From assembly GCA_029953675.1 (NCBI GenBank), contig JAMWBK010000002.1, positions 3,100,001 to 3,164,000 of the forward strand: a DNA stretch of 64,000 nt, given 5' to 3'. This DNA comes from Rhodosorus marinus CCMP1338. Lineage: Eukaryota > Plantae > Rhodophyta. Under the pieces are notes generated by a model, which was not told the origin of the DNA, did no database searches, and worked only from the letters and a program-made list of their open reading frames with translations. The position numbers and the translations under genes were made by a program. Every line of letters begins with the position of its first letter. Within the stretch, counting starts at the first letter, position 1. Below, piece by piece: positions 37,241 through 48,886 of the stretch.

Positions 37241-38353
37241 TTACGGCAGAACTTTCAAGTTGGAAGAGGACCCCCGAATGGTGATTCCCGTTGCACAACT
37301 CGCGGCTGCCACCGCAAGTATTACCAATAAACGCATTCTAGAAGCAGAAAGGTAATTGCTTGCGAACGGTTCCAACGCTTCCGCCGCTTGTACTGCGGCT
37401 TCTCGAGCTTCTCGACGTTCGCGTCGCTGCTGACGGATTAGCTCCGCCATGGCCTTTCGAGAATTGACCAGCGCGCTCCGCTTGTTTTTCCTGATGTGCA
37501 TGCCAATAAACTTCTTCCAGTAATGAGCGACATTCCTGAGGTAAAAACATTCACAGAAGTAGCAAAAAAGAAGAGAAGCCAACGGCGAATGAGCTCCTCA
37601 TGCAGCAGTTCCCGTGGGTATGAAGACCTGGACGTACTCTGTTCTCGGAAGAGCTCCAAGCAATTCCTCCAGTTCACTGTTTCGCCTTCCAGCCGTTCCT
37701 TCACGGACATACTGTGATATCAGCATGTAGGCTGTAGTTAATTCCTCGTCAGTCTCCGGCATCTTCGGGGGATACCTTTCGGTTCGATATCTCTCACGAA
37801 CTAGCCTCTTCAAAGCATTCGAAGCCCTCCTCGCCTCGTGCGCGTCCCGCGGTACAATGCCGATAAGATTTTCGAGCTGCGCTCTGGTGCTCGCGGCAAC
37901 GTCGCCTTCCCTTCTCAGCGCTTGGAGCATGGAGAAGCTACGGTTAATATCCCGTTCTGATTCAGGCATCGTTATCATGTCCATATACTTCGTCCTGCTC
38001 AATGGCGTAGCGATTAGCGTGCCATTTCTGACTCGGAACTCCTTCCTAAGCTGCAACTCAATCGCAGCCTTGTACTTCTGCGCAGCATATCTATTCTCAG
38101 GTACAATCCCGATCAAGTTGGCGAGCTCGAGCTCTGCGCTCGGCTTCAGCTTCCTTTGCGCCCTGTTCCCGAGCAGTTCGTATGCCCTTGTCAAAAGCTC
38201 CTTCTGCTCCGGTACTTTCGGGGGCAACCTGAACCCTCCAGGATTCTTCGCCCTCGCTTCGACCACACACCTTCCCCTCCTCCTCACCGAGACACCCTCT
38301 CCCACCACCCCAATACTTCCTATTCCAAGAAATCCAACCAGCGCTCCTTCCAT
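37241..38353 (-). CDS. Putative plastid-targeted ~336 aa protein with three internal ~70-80 aa repeats, unknown family
   Basis: Exons 38353-37638 and 37535-37241 (intron GTACGT..CTCAG, phase 2). Transit-like N-terminus MEGALVGFLGIGS..RRRGRCVVEAR. The splice restores repeat 3 in register with repeats 1 and 2. Confidence 0.8.
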
Positions 38354-39556
38354 TCAAACCAAAACAAAAAAGCTAAAACCAAAAAACAAAACAAAGCCAA
38401 GAAAACCCACTCCGCCCCAAAACCAAAATGCAACTTCCTCCTCACTCGTTATCTTCAATTAACGATCTCTCCCACCTCAATAGTATTCTTCACTTTCAAG
38501 CCCTTCACCCGCCCTTCCAAAATCCCTCCTACCTCCTTTCCCCCCCTCCCCAAACACAAAAATTTCTCAACCTCAAAAAGCCCACCTCCTTCCGAAACCA
38601 AACCTCGCGCAAAGCTCGACCTTCCTTTCCTAAAAAAAGTATCAGTCCCAACTTCTCCAGAAACTCCTCCTTTCGACCTACAAAATACCTCATAATAATA
38701 AAAACAAAACAAAACTTTAAGCACCTATAGTTGAGGAGGATTTCGACCTTAAATTTCATGGAGTTTTCTTTTACAAAAACCTGATATTTTCGAAAAATCC
38801 CCGGTTATTGGATTTGATTTGTTAATGTTGTTATAAGCGTCATATAAATAATTCAATCATTAAAGAGAATATGGCTCTTATATGTTAATTAATAGAATAT
38901 TTGGGATTTATTTGATTGAATATTTAGTGATGATTAGATAATACGGCATTCAGGTAACATTGGTCAGCTTTCCTTGGCCTGAAGAATTTTTTTTTTTTGA
39001 AGGTCGACGGCAAACTCCTCCACCCCCCCCTTCATCCCTTCCGAAATTGGAGCACGGGGTACCTGCACCTTTCGAGCAACACAAATCATTCCTTAGGCTA
39101 TTCAGACTTGCTTGAAAATTTTCGATTATATTCATTCAGAGGTAGTCTACTGGCAAGATATGGAGGGGGTTAAAATATCGTCGATAATTGTGGGTTTCGA
39201 TAATCAAAGAAAACAAGCGATTTACCCGGGGTAACAAAATCCCTCGTTTTTGAAACCCAAATCAAGAATAGTGGTAAAAAGACCCTTGCAGGGGGGATTC
39301 ATTTAGTACGGTACGGCTTACCGTAATATCAGTATTAAATACAAATAATAGAAATTTTCATATGGTAAATATCTTGTTCTTATGACAAAAACATGGTACA
39401 AGATATACATGAATAAAGTAATAAATTTGGTTCCTCGATATATTTTTTGAGATATTAATCCTGTTCATGTTGTACACGTGGAGATATGTTGTGATAACCA
39501 TTATTGATTGGTTACCGTGCTCGAGGCTTTATCCAATCAATGAAATGGGAGTCATC

Positions 39557-41371
39557 CTAGAGTGTAAAAAGTTTATAGTATTTAAGGACACCGCTCTCCG
39601 GGGTTGGGACATTTCGGATTGGGATCGAGAAATGCCTCGGAATGGTAATCGATGTGGATTTGATGTGATTGTGGTTGTGAGGGGAAATCCCTTTAGATTG
39701 CTTATTGCCTTCGTTCAGCCATGGACGGGATATTTGATGGTGAGAGGATGAGATAGCGCACCATGTGCACATGGCAATTTGCCTGAGAGATAAATAGGAG
39801 CATATTACTTCTGGAAGGGCTTCATGTTTGATATGAGGAAACGACACCTGTGAGTGTGAAACCCTGATGAGCTGATTTTTCCTCCCGAGGTGCAGACTCC
39901 TCTGGCGGGAGGCTGAGCAGTTTAACGCAAGGCTGGTTAAGTGTAAGCTTAGCTGGTTTTTGGGATCGTCCAATCTCGCTTTATGAGTCCTGCAACTTGC
40001 CTATTAGGAGTAATCTTCGTCTTTAAAGTAACCGGGGCGTCAGGACTACATCCGCGTCTTCAGTTTTAAAACGCCTTGTATGGCAACAGCTGCGAGCGCT
40101 ATCAAGCATCAATTTAGGTCGAGAGTTGGGCTTGAGTCCTTGTTCTCCCTGATGGAGGGGGACATGAGAGATGGCACAATCTAAGCTCTTCGTGGTCTCC
40201 TCCAGAGCTTGCCATGTGCAAACAAGTTCAGTTCGATATGAAGGAAAAGCTCGTCCAATCGCGAGTCCTTCAGAGCCTCCTGATCACAAGCCTTCGTAGG
40301 AATGCTATCCCGCGCTGACAGCTGAGATCTTCGGTCGCTCAAGGACAGTGCTGGGCATCTCGTGGGTTGATAATGGGGACAAACAGGTTGCAATGCGACA
40401 CATTGTCCGCAACTCCTTAGACAAGCGCGGTCCACGGAAGGGCTTGACCGCTGAAGTTCTCAGTACTTCGCCGCTAGTATCCAAGCTCGCAGCAAAGCCT
40501 TGTAGATGCGTGTCATCTGATCTCACGTTCGCAGGTATAAACCAATTCTGCACGCTTGTTTGAATAGCTGCAAAGGTGCGGTAGGATTGCTGATTAGAAT
40601 GTTCAACCAAAGCAAAGTCGTTTTTCAGTCCACTACCCGTTAGCGATCAGTCAGAGCCGATGTCGAGTTGGAGATTCCCCTCTTCAGGAGTCGAGATGGT
40701 CTTCACATGCGGCTCACTAATTCCCATATCAGCTAGTAAACGACGTTATAGAAATCAAGGATAATTTCCTTCCTCAAACTCAAATGACAGGACAGAAAAG
40801 AAGGCATTCCGGGAACAGCTTAACGCCATTTCAATAAACGATTGCCCCCGAATGAGTCCCCTGTGGTGCTATAACCCTGCTTTTCCCCGTAGACCTACAT
40901 CCCGGTAGCTGCTAGTGAATGGAATACAGCAGCCACCACCTTTTTCGAGACGGAATCATAACACAGGCAACACGGCTCGCCAGAGCGGCTCAGTTGAGCA
41001 AACTAGTTGCTCGTACATACATTAGCGCACTTGCAAATAAAACTGACGCTCAATAAGACGAGTTACATCAACGAACATTGCCTTCTTCAGTCTGAAACGA
41101 CAGTACAGACCAGAACAACCCTTCGTGAAGATCTCAACGCCATGCCATCCATCTCCTGCAGAAGCATTCTAGAAGCCAGAGAGGCGTAGTGCACGTTGGC
41201 ATTCGACCCTCTCAACTGCCTGGAACGGATTCGTCCTTCATAGAATACATACACCAGCTCACCTGATTCCCATCGCTGAATTCTTAAATCGATGGGGAGG
41301 TCTGTGTAAAGTTTCACCGCCCATCCCAAGAGCTCTCTTTCTCTCGCGTCTGCGTCCCAGCTTTTCATCAT
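39557..41371 (-). pseudogene. Possible fragmented or multi-exon gene of unknown identity, including an F-box-like segment
   Basis: Protein-like ORF pieces with plausible splice sites (e.g. GAATCAG|GTGAGC near 41263). SFPHIKHEALPEVICSYLSLRQIAMC resembles an F-box. No continuous model could be built. Confidence 0.25.
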
Positions 41372-42007
41372 CTAAAATACGTCGAAAGCAGAGATGTAAG
41401 AAAAAAGTCATTTACTAACTCGATGGTAGTATTTAAAAACCACCCAAGTTCAGTCAAAAAAGGGCGCGCAAAAATTGTAAACTGTCGTTTCTATGCGTTT
41501 TTGAAATGGTTTTAATGGATGGATTGGGAGGGCAAGGGAGGAGAGCGAGAGGGAAGAGAGGAGGGAGGTAAGGTATCGTTTTAGGTGTGTTTGGTGAGTG
41601 GGAAGAAGAAGGGATTCTTAGGAACAAGATTTAGAGGTTTGTATAAATCTATTAGTGTATGATTTGATTTTTGTTTTTGTTGGTTAGGAAGGTTTTGATT
41701 GTCCGCGGTGGTCTTTGTAAATAGTTTAGGGTTTCTCTGTGTTGGTTTCTGTTGGATTCTTTTGGTTTTTGTTTGGTACTTTTGAGGGCGTTGCGGTTTC
41801 CTTTTTTGGGGGGGAGGGGAAGCCGTTGGTGCAGAATTTTGGTATGCACATTTTAGAATTTTTGACGAGGAAGGAGGTCTTTCCAAGGTAAGTGGGTGCT
41901 TGTTGTTTGTTTGGTTTTATAGATTTTTTGACCAAGAACAACTGCACAACTGACATGCTGCCCCCTGTGCTTTGTCCTACTCTAGAGACCCGAAAAAGCA
42001 TTTGTAG

Positions 42008-45000
42008 ATGGGCCAGAGCAGTAGCCTGGCGGATTTAAAGCGACTGCTCGTCGCCGCTGCTAGAGCAGATGTCATAGGAGATGAGGTTGATATTGGTTGT
42101 GCTCGTGCAACATCAGAGGGTCGATTCCATGTGCAAATAGAAAACCATGTTACGGAGGACCCGATTGTAAGCATCTACACAAGCCAAGGGGATATTTTCC
42201 GTGGCTCTACATCCACTTTGATCGCCAAATCAGCCAAGAACTTGCAGCCGAGAAAAGGGCGACCTCCAAAAATCAATGTTGAGTCGTGGGAGACTTCCCT
42301 CGGAGTATTTAAGGCAGAGGATGACAATGGAGAGACGTGGACAAAATTTTCCGTAATTCTCAGTGAGCTGGACGACGAAGACTTGTACCCTCTTCACTCA
42401 GCCGACTCTGCATCGGACAAGGAAGTGGATGGTGGCGAGGATACGAGCAAGCCAACTGTTAGAACTCCGAACCTAGGCGGTTCTGAGAGTAGATTGAGAC
42501 TCGAGAGCATCGTCTTTTCCACCTTCCCCGCAGTTGGAGATTATGTTGAGATTAGTCCTTCCGGGAAAAGTTCGCTGAAGGGAAGCGCTGGCAAAGTTGT
42601 GAATATCGGTGACCAGTCGAATCCAGAAAAGCGAAGGGTGCAGGTGAGATAGCTTTTGTGTGCTAGGTTTCGTTGCCAAGGTTGGTGCAGCTTGGACTAT
42701 TTCTGAAAGTCGTTCCTCCTCTTCATCACAGCTGCTGATAGGGAACAAGCCAACATGGGTGACCCTTCGATTAGGTGACTTTCGCTTGATTGATGGATCA
42801 CAGGTTCGTGATGAGCAGGCTCGTGATGACCGGGCAACCCCCAAGTTGAGCTTAGATCCTGCACCAAATGAACAGGACAAGCCCTCGCCGGCCATAAGCG
42901 ATGTAAAACTCGATCCAGGAAGACCACAAACTTTGAAGGCAAAATTGATGAAGATGTGGTCGGAGAAGAAGGTTAAGAAGCAGGTCGACCGAGCGCCTGG
43001 AGATACCCAGGTAAGTCCTGACTCCGAAACCGCTCGGGTTTGAATCCTGCGCAGTCGTTCTGTACGAGAAATTGCGAGCAGATGCACTCCCCGACTTGTA
43101 GCGACTTAGAGAACTGACCATGTGATCTCCTCGCAATTGTGCAACTAGGCGACAAGTCCCGGTCCAGTAGAAACTGTCGCGGTGAAAAGGGAGAAAACTG
43201 TTCATAGCGAAGACTCGGCGGCCCAGATGCACAGCAAGCTCGCAGTATCTGACAAGTCCGCGTCGAAGTCCTCCAACTCAACGAAGCGCAAGAAGAAGAA
43301 GCGCGATGTTAGGAGTGCACATAGTCTACAATCTCACAGAAAGGCGGTAGAACCTTCAGAAAAGCCTGCTAGTAGAGGCTCGGACTCCAATTTTCCGGAC
43401 GACAAACGGAGCTCCGATTCAAGTAGCGAGGAATCCTATCTGGAAGACGGTGGATCAGAAAGAGTAGAGCAATGGAGAAGAACCCGAGGATCACCAGAGC
43501 GAGGACGGAAGAAGTCACACGGTCCTACCATCAAGGATGCCGATGAACGGTCCACGAGCGAAAAGGAACCTGCGCGACCAGCACCCAGAAAATCTGAAAA
43601 AAAGAAACCGGTCAGACAGAAGGGATGGAGAGAAATTCGTGGTTTGTTTACCGACGTTGTTGTACAGAAAAACGAAGAATCGGAGAGCGACGAAGAGGAC
43701 TCGGAGAATGAAGAAAGCTCGCCTGAGGAGGCCTCTCCTGTGTTGAGCACTAGCCGCTTACGGAAAGCGAAGCTCAGTAGTACCGAACGTGGGCCTAGGG
43801 GTCGGACGAGGAGAACCGAGGACGCGACTGTTTCGGAAGACGTGGGCAAATCAGCCTCTGTAAGGTCGCGCTCTAGAAGAAGAGAAGAAACGGAGGTTGA
43901 GCCGGAGGCCAGCAGCAAGGCATCCGCGAAGTCAGAGAAGAAAGACGAGGCGAAGAGATCCCCGGATATAAAACGTCCCACTAGAACTCATGGGAAGGTT
44001 ATCGGGAAAGCGGTTGATGCACTTGAGGCGGACGTCAAGGCTACAGGTGATAGTGATGTCCAAAAGATACCTACCAAGCAACCAGGAAAGGGAAGCAAGC
44101 GGACTATTAGGAAACAAAACAACTCTGAGGAGGAGGATGTCTCGCCACCAGGAGAGGTCCGATCCGAGGTGAAAAGCAGCAAGCGACAGAATTCTGGTAC
44201 TGAAAGGGCGGTCACTTATGGCGCAATTGCGTCCGTTGACAGCAAAGAGAATGCCGAGGAGAAAAGCCAGATAGAGACGGCTGCGAAGGGGTCTCCGAAG
44301 GCTGTCAAGCAGGCTGTCAAGGTGCCCAGCCTCAAGCAATTGGCTGAGGAGGACGAGAGTGAGGTGGAACAGAGCTTCATAGAAATCCTTGCTGGATACG
44401 ACTTCAAGGACATCTCGGACAGCATGAGCTTTTTCGGAGACGAGGTGATTTTAGACGTGACTGGCCTCAAAGTCAAGCTTGTAGACTACATTTCCAAGTG
44501 TTGTTTGAAGATTGCGCACCCAGACTCACAGATTGAAGTAGAAGACCAGCTGCCCTTGCTTGGTTCTGACGAGCTGAGCGAGTTCTTGGCCAGTCTGACG
44601 TTCGTCCTGGATGGGTCACTTTCCATCGCCCCGGAATTCTCAAAAAGGTGGTGTAGTAGAAAGGGATTAAACAGCCAAGTCGTAGGGTTCGCGTTGTCGA
44701 TTGTCGACGCGGCTTTGAAAGCGGCGCTGGAGCTGAAAGCGAAGCTGGATGAGAAGAAAGACGTGAAAGATCCGGCGCTTGGAGAAGCTAGCGGCGATCA
44801 GGTTGAGGTTACGTCAACAGGTCCCTTCCAGAACGCCATCAACGCCTTTGTCGTGCTTGTAAACTACCTAGAATACGAGGACAAGACAATCGGAGACGCA
44901 GAAGATGCGGGGCCAGAGGACAGAAAGCTCGCCACAGTGGTGCATCTCGCCGAGAGACCTGAGCTTCTGGAGATGGTATCACCAACGATGACTTTGATGG

Positions 45001-48000
45001 AGCTGCCAAAGCTTAAGGCACTGAAAGGACCCAGTTCGAAGTTGAGGCAATGGGCTTCAGAATATATATTATGTCTCCTCGGTACTCGCGCATTGTCCGA
45101 TGTGGAAAGAAATGACGTCATTCACCGAATCGTTGAGCATGAAAACATTTTTTCGTCCTTTGTGGATGAACTCCAGAAGAGAATGGTGCGGATCGATGAA
45201 CGTGCGAGGGGTACGGATGAAACTGTTGCGGACGTGTTGTACGAGCTGCTTGAAAACAAGGAGTTCCTCATACGGTTAGCTGACCCCGAGGAGAATGAGA
45301 CGAGGGAAAAGCTCGCAGATGCTTTCACCAGCAGTTTCGAAAAGATTGTCTCTGGACGGCCGGCGGGCATTGTCAACAACGAAATCAATTTGAAAGTTCT
45401 CGATGCGGTTACATTGTTCTTCAAGTACGCTTTTCTCAGAGGGCATGTGGTCGGCAATAGTCACCTGCGGTCAAAGTTTATGACAGCGTTTGCAGCGTTA
45501 CTGGCTAGAACGGACGAGATCATAGCTGATGTTACGGGTAAGCGAAGAACAGAGCAGTGCTGGTCAGAATTCATGTAGCTGAGAGTATTGTTGTTGTCCT
45601 TGCATGATGAATTAGGGAACAGCAAGAACCCGGTGAAGATGGATCCTTTCGATGGATACGAAGTTGATGAGATAATAGAGGACGAACTCATTGATGAGGA
45701 CATTGCGTGGTTCCTCTCTATTTCGTTCCGGATCTTCGGTGTGTTGGGTAATCGAATCGGCGGAGGCTCGTTGCTTAGCCATCTCATTGAGAGTCAGTTC
45801 CGGGGAAGGAGAGGTCTAGAGAGGCTCTACACGTTCGCTTGGAAACTGCAGCGAAGCGTGGGGACGGAAAAACTGGGGGAGAAAGACCGAACGCTATTCA
45901 CAGTAGCTTTCACTGCCGTCCAGGAGGCCATGGAGTCTGCTCACTTCTCATCGCGGAGGCAGAATCCGGCCGTAAATGATTGTGAGTCAAATTTGTCAGG
46001 CACTTGCCCTTTGTTTTGGAACGAATAGACTTGCTTGTGAGAACGAGAATAGCATCTCTAAAAATTTGCGGTTTTCGTCATAACCCGTAGCTGCAGACGT
46101 GACAACGAGAAGTGACGGCTACGATGTGCTTGGCATAAGCACATCGGACGGGTCTGATACAGAAATCCCAAGGAAACTGGGGACATTGGAGAAGGTAGAG
46201 CCCATACGATTGAGAAGTCTACTACAATATCCCAAAAGACGTCGTGAATTTGAGGTGGTTGATGCAGAGCTATCTGAGTTCTACCGTGAGGAAATGGAAG
46301 CCGCGTTTATTAGGCTCACCGGCAGCGGGGAGAAACCAGCACCGTTCAAGAGGCTTTCGAAAAATGAGTATCTTCCTGCTGCGAGAAAACTACTCCAAAG
46401 TCAGGGGGAGCATATCATGCAGTGCAACTGCGTCGAGGTATATACTTCTTCGGCCAGCATAGCTTCGAAATTGCTTCAGAGCCCAGTCGTACTGATCGCT
46501 GTATACTTGTTTCACCTCTCTCGCACTTTTTCTGGTACTGCCCCGTAGGTCCCAGGCGCCATGGCGTGCAATGATCATAGGTGTTTGAACCGTGCATCCA
46601 TGTTCGAATGCGACGAACAGCATTGTCAAGCTGGCGAGAGCTGCTCGAATCAGAGGTTCCAGAAACGTCAGTATGTCCCGGTGAAAGTAACAAAGGCTGA
46701 AGGAGGCAAAGGTTGGGGCCTGAAGCCGCTTGAGGACGTCGAGAAGGGCACGTTCGTAATGGAGTATCAAGGCCAAGTAATAGACGAGGATGATTACGAG
46801 CGGCGAAAGAAGAGATATGAAGGAGAGAAAAATTTCTACTTCATGAATCTGACACCGGATTTGTATCTGGATGCATCGAGAAAGGGCAATCTCGCAAGGT
46901 TCATTAATCACTCCTGCGACCCCAACTGCGCTACACAGAAGTGGACCGTCAGCGGGGAGCCTTGTGTCGGAATATTCGCGGTCAAAGGTAAGACGAAAAC
47001 ATCTTTCGAAGCGCTGCTTTCGGTTGCTAATGTGATCACCCCCCTTGCCAATCTGCTCGTTTTTAGATATTCCGAAAGGTTGTGAGATCACTTTCGACTA
47101 CAACATTGAAAGTGGAGCGCGTGGAGAGACCTCAGCTGCTGTGAAGTGCGAGTGTGGAGCACCAAATTGTAAAGTTTGGCTTACGGGCAAGGAAGATACG
47201 CCGGAGATCAGGAAGGCTGCTGAAGAGCAGTATCTGAGGCGTGCGAAGGTTGTTGAGGATCAATTGAAATGGATCAACAACCGCATTGAGCTGAGAGCCC
47301 GAGGCCGGGCGGACGAACCTTCGTCACTCTCTGAAGGCGAGGACATGGACCTTAGCGACGAGAAGCTTTCCACGGGAATGGGCGAGACCGAAGACAATCC
47401 GGAAAACCCACAGGGAAGCCCCTCACGGTCTCCTGGAAAGCGCGATCGGCGTGTTGCGTTCCCGGGTATGTACAGTGGGACGGACGATGTCTTGCCGTCC
47501 ATTCGCATAAAGAAGCGGACCGTCGGCAACGGCCAAGCGAGTCCAGAGTTGACAAAGGTCGAAACTAAGGAGCCGACGCCTTTAGAGTCCATGAAGAAGG
47601 AAGAAACTCCTTTGGAGCTACCGAATAAGGAACTGGCTATCGTTAAACCCGCCACCGCGGGTATTCTGGATGACATGGTTGTGCGAACTGAAATGAAACC
47701 AAAGCCCTCCGAGTTCCCCGCAATAGGGACTACGTCTCAGGGCAGAAAATCAGCATTTGTTGAAACATCCTCAGCTGGCGAGTCTAACCGGGAATCGAAT
47801 ATTGTAGAAAAAACTACTGCAGACTCAATCCCGATAGTACCGCCTGCTCCTCCACCGGTTGTGGAAAGCAAGGATGTGGCTGCACATGCCGGCTTTATCC
47901 GAGTAGATGCTTCTGGAAAAGAGGAATCGTCTCTCGTTTCGGAAGGCACTAAGCTACTGAAGGATGTCATGCGCAATGATGGAAAACCTGACTTCATAGA

Positions 48001-48886
48001 CGAGAGTGACAATAGAGACGCTATGTCGGGAACAATTAAGACTATCAGCGTAAGCGAGTCCAAGGAGGGTTTGCGAGTTCCAGGATCACCGAAACGAGTA
48101 CGGTCCGAAACAAGCGAGCTGAAGGATAGCAACCTGACCTCTGACAGAAAACGTGTATGGCAGACAAGGGATCGATCTCCTGGTCAGCGAAGGGAGTCGC
48201 CACCGTACAAAAGGAGGGAAGTATCCCCGTACGACAGAAGAGAGCTCTCACCATACGAAAGAAGGGAACTCTCACCGTATATCGGACGAGAGGCGTCCCC
48301 GTACAAGAGAAGAGAGCTCTCACCGCGGGAAAGAAGATATCCATCTCCGCGTGAGAGAAGGGAGTCCCCTCCTTATAGAAGTCGCAGGCAGCACCTATCT
48401 CGAGATTCGAGGAGACGCGAGAGCTACTCCTCCAGAGATCGACGCAGGCATCGATCTCATTCATCTTCCAGGTCACGTTCGCGGAGCTATTCAAGCAGCT
48501 CAAGAGGGTCGAACAGAAGGATGCGTACACGCCCGCGGTCCACGTCGCGCTCGCTGTCTCGATCACGTTCGTATTCTCGCTCGAGTTCACGATCAAGCGG
48601 AAGACGCAAGTCGAGGCGTAACCGGTCAAGGTCCCGTACTCCTGTTCCCAGAAGATATCGCGACAGCCCCAGGAGGGGATGGAAAGATAGTGACGATGAC
48701 CACTACAGGCGCTATCGCTCAAGGTACGAATTTAATCCTTCCTGGGTTTGCTCAATGGTCAGGTGACAAAGTGCTTATCCTCGTTTTATGCTACTACAAT
48801 TTAGCCCCAGTCCCCACAGAGAAAGAAGCCCATATGACAGATCTCGTGATTACCGGAGGAGTTACCGGAGGGACCGCTATTATTGA
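42008..48886 (+). CDS. SETD2: SET2/ASH1-type histone H3K36 methyltransferase (AWS-SET-postSET), ~2064 aa
   Basis: Exons 42008-42643, 42732-43010, 43149-45537, 45616-45981, 46091-46437, 46549-46987, 47067-48723 and 48805-48886 sum to 6195 nt in frame. Motifs: AWS CNC..CLNRASMFEC..CSNQRFQK, SET KGWGL..FVMEYQGQVI, ARFINHSCDPNC, EITFDYN, postSET CECGAPNC. The assignment to SETD2 rather than ASH1/NSD is tentative. Confidence 0.85.
48185..48376 (+). repeat. 8 x 24-bp coding tandem repeat, consensus xRRE(L/S)SP(Y/R)
   Basis: QRRESPPY KRREVSPY DRRELSPY ERRELSPY IGREASPY KRRELSPR ERRYPSPR ERRESPPY, read in the SET gene frame. Confidence 0.9.

Noticed and set aside
37857-38730. Long plus-strand ORFs (201, 179 and 100 aa)
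   Set aside because: They are antisense shadows of the repeat protein plus low-complexity C/A-rich promoter sequence.
6760-39185. Short shared motifs (ATATGGAGG, GGGGT(T)AAAATATC) at ~6770, 15815, 16203 and 39160 suggesting MITE ends
   Set aside because: The matches are only 9-14 nt, with no paired TIRs or target-site duplications, so they are not distinguishable from chance without a genome-wide search.
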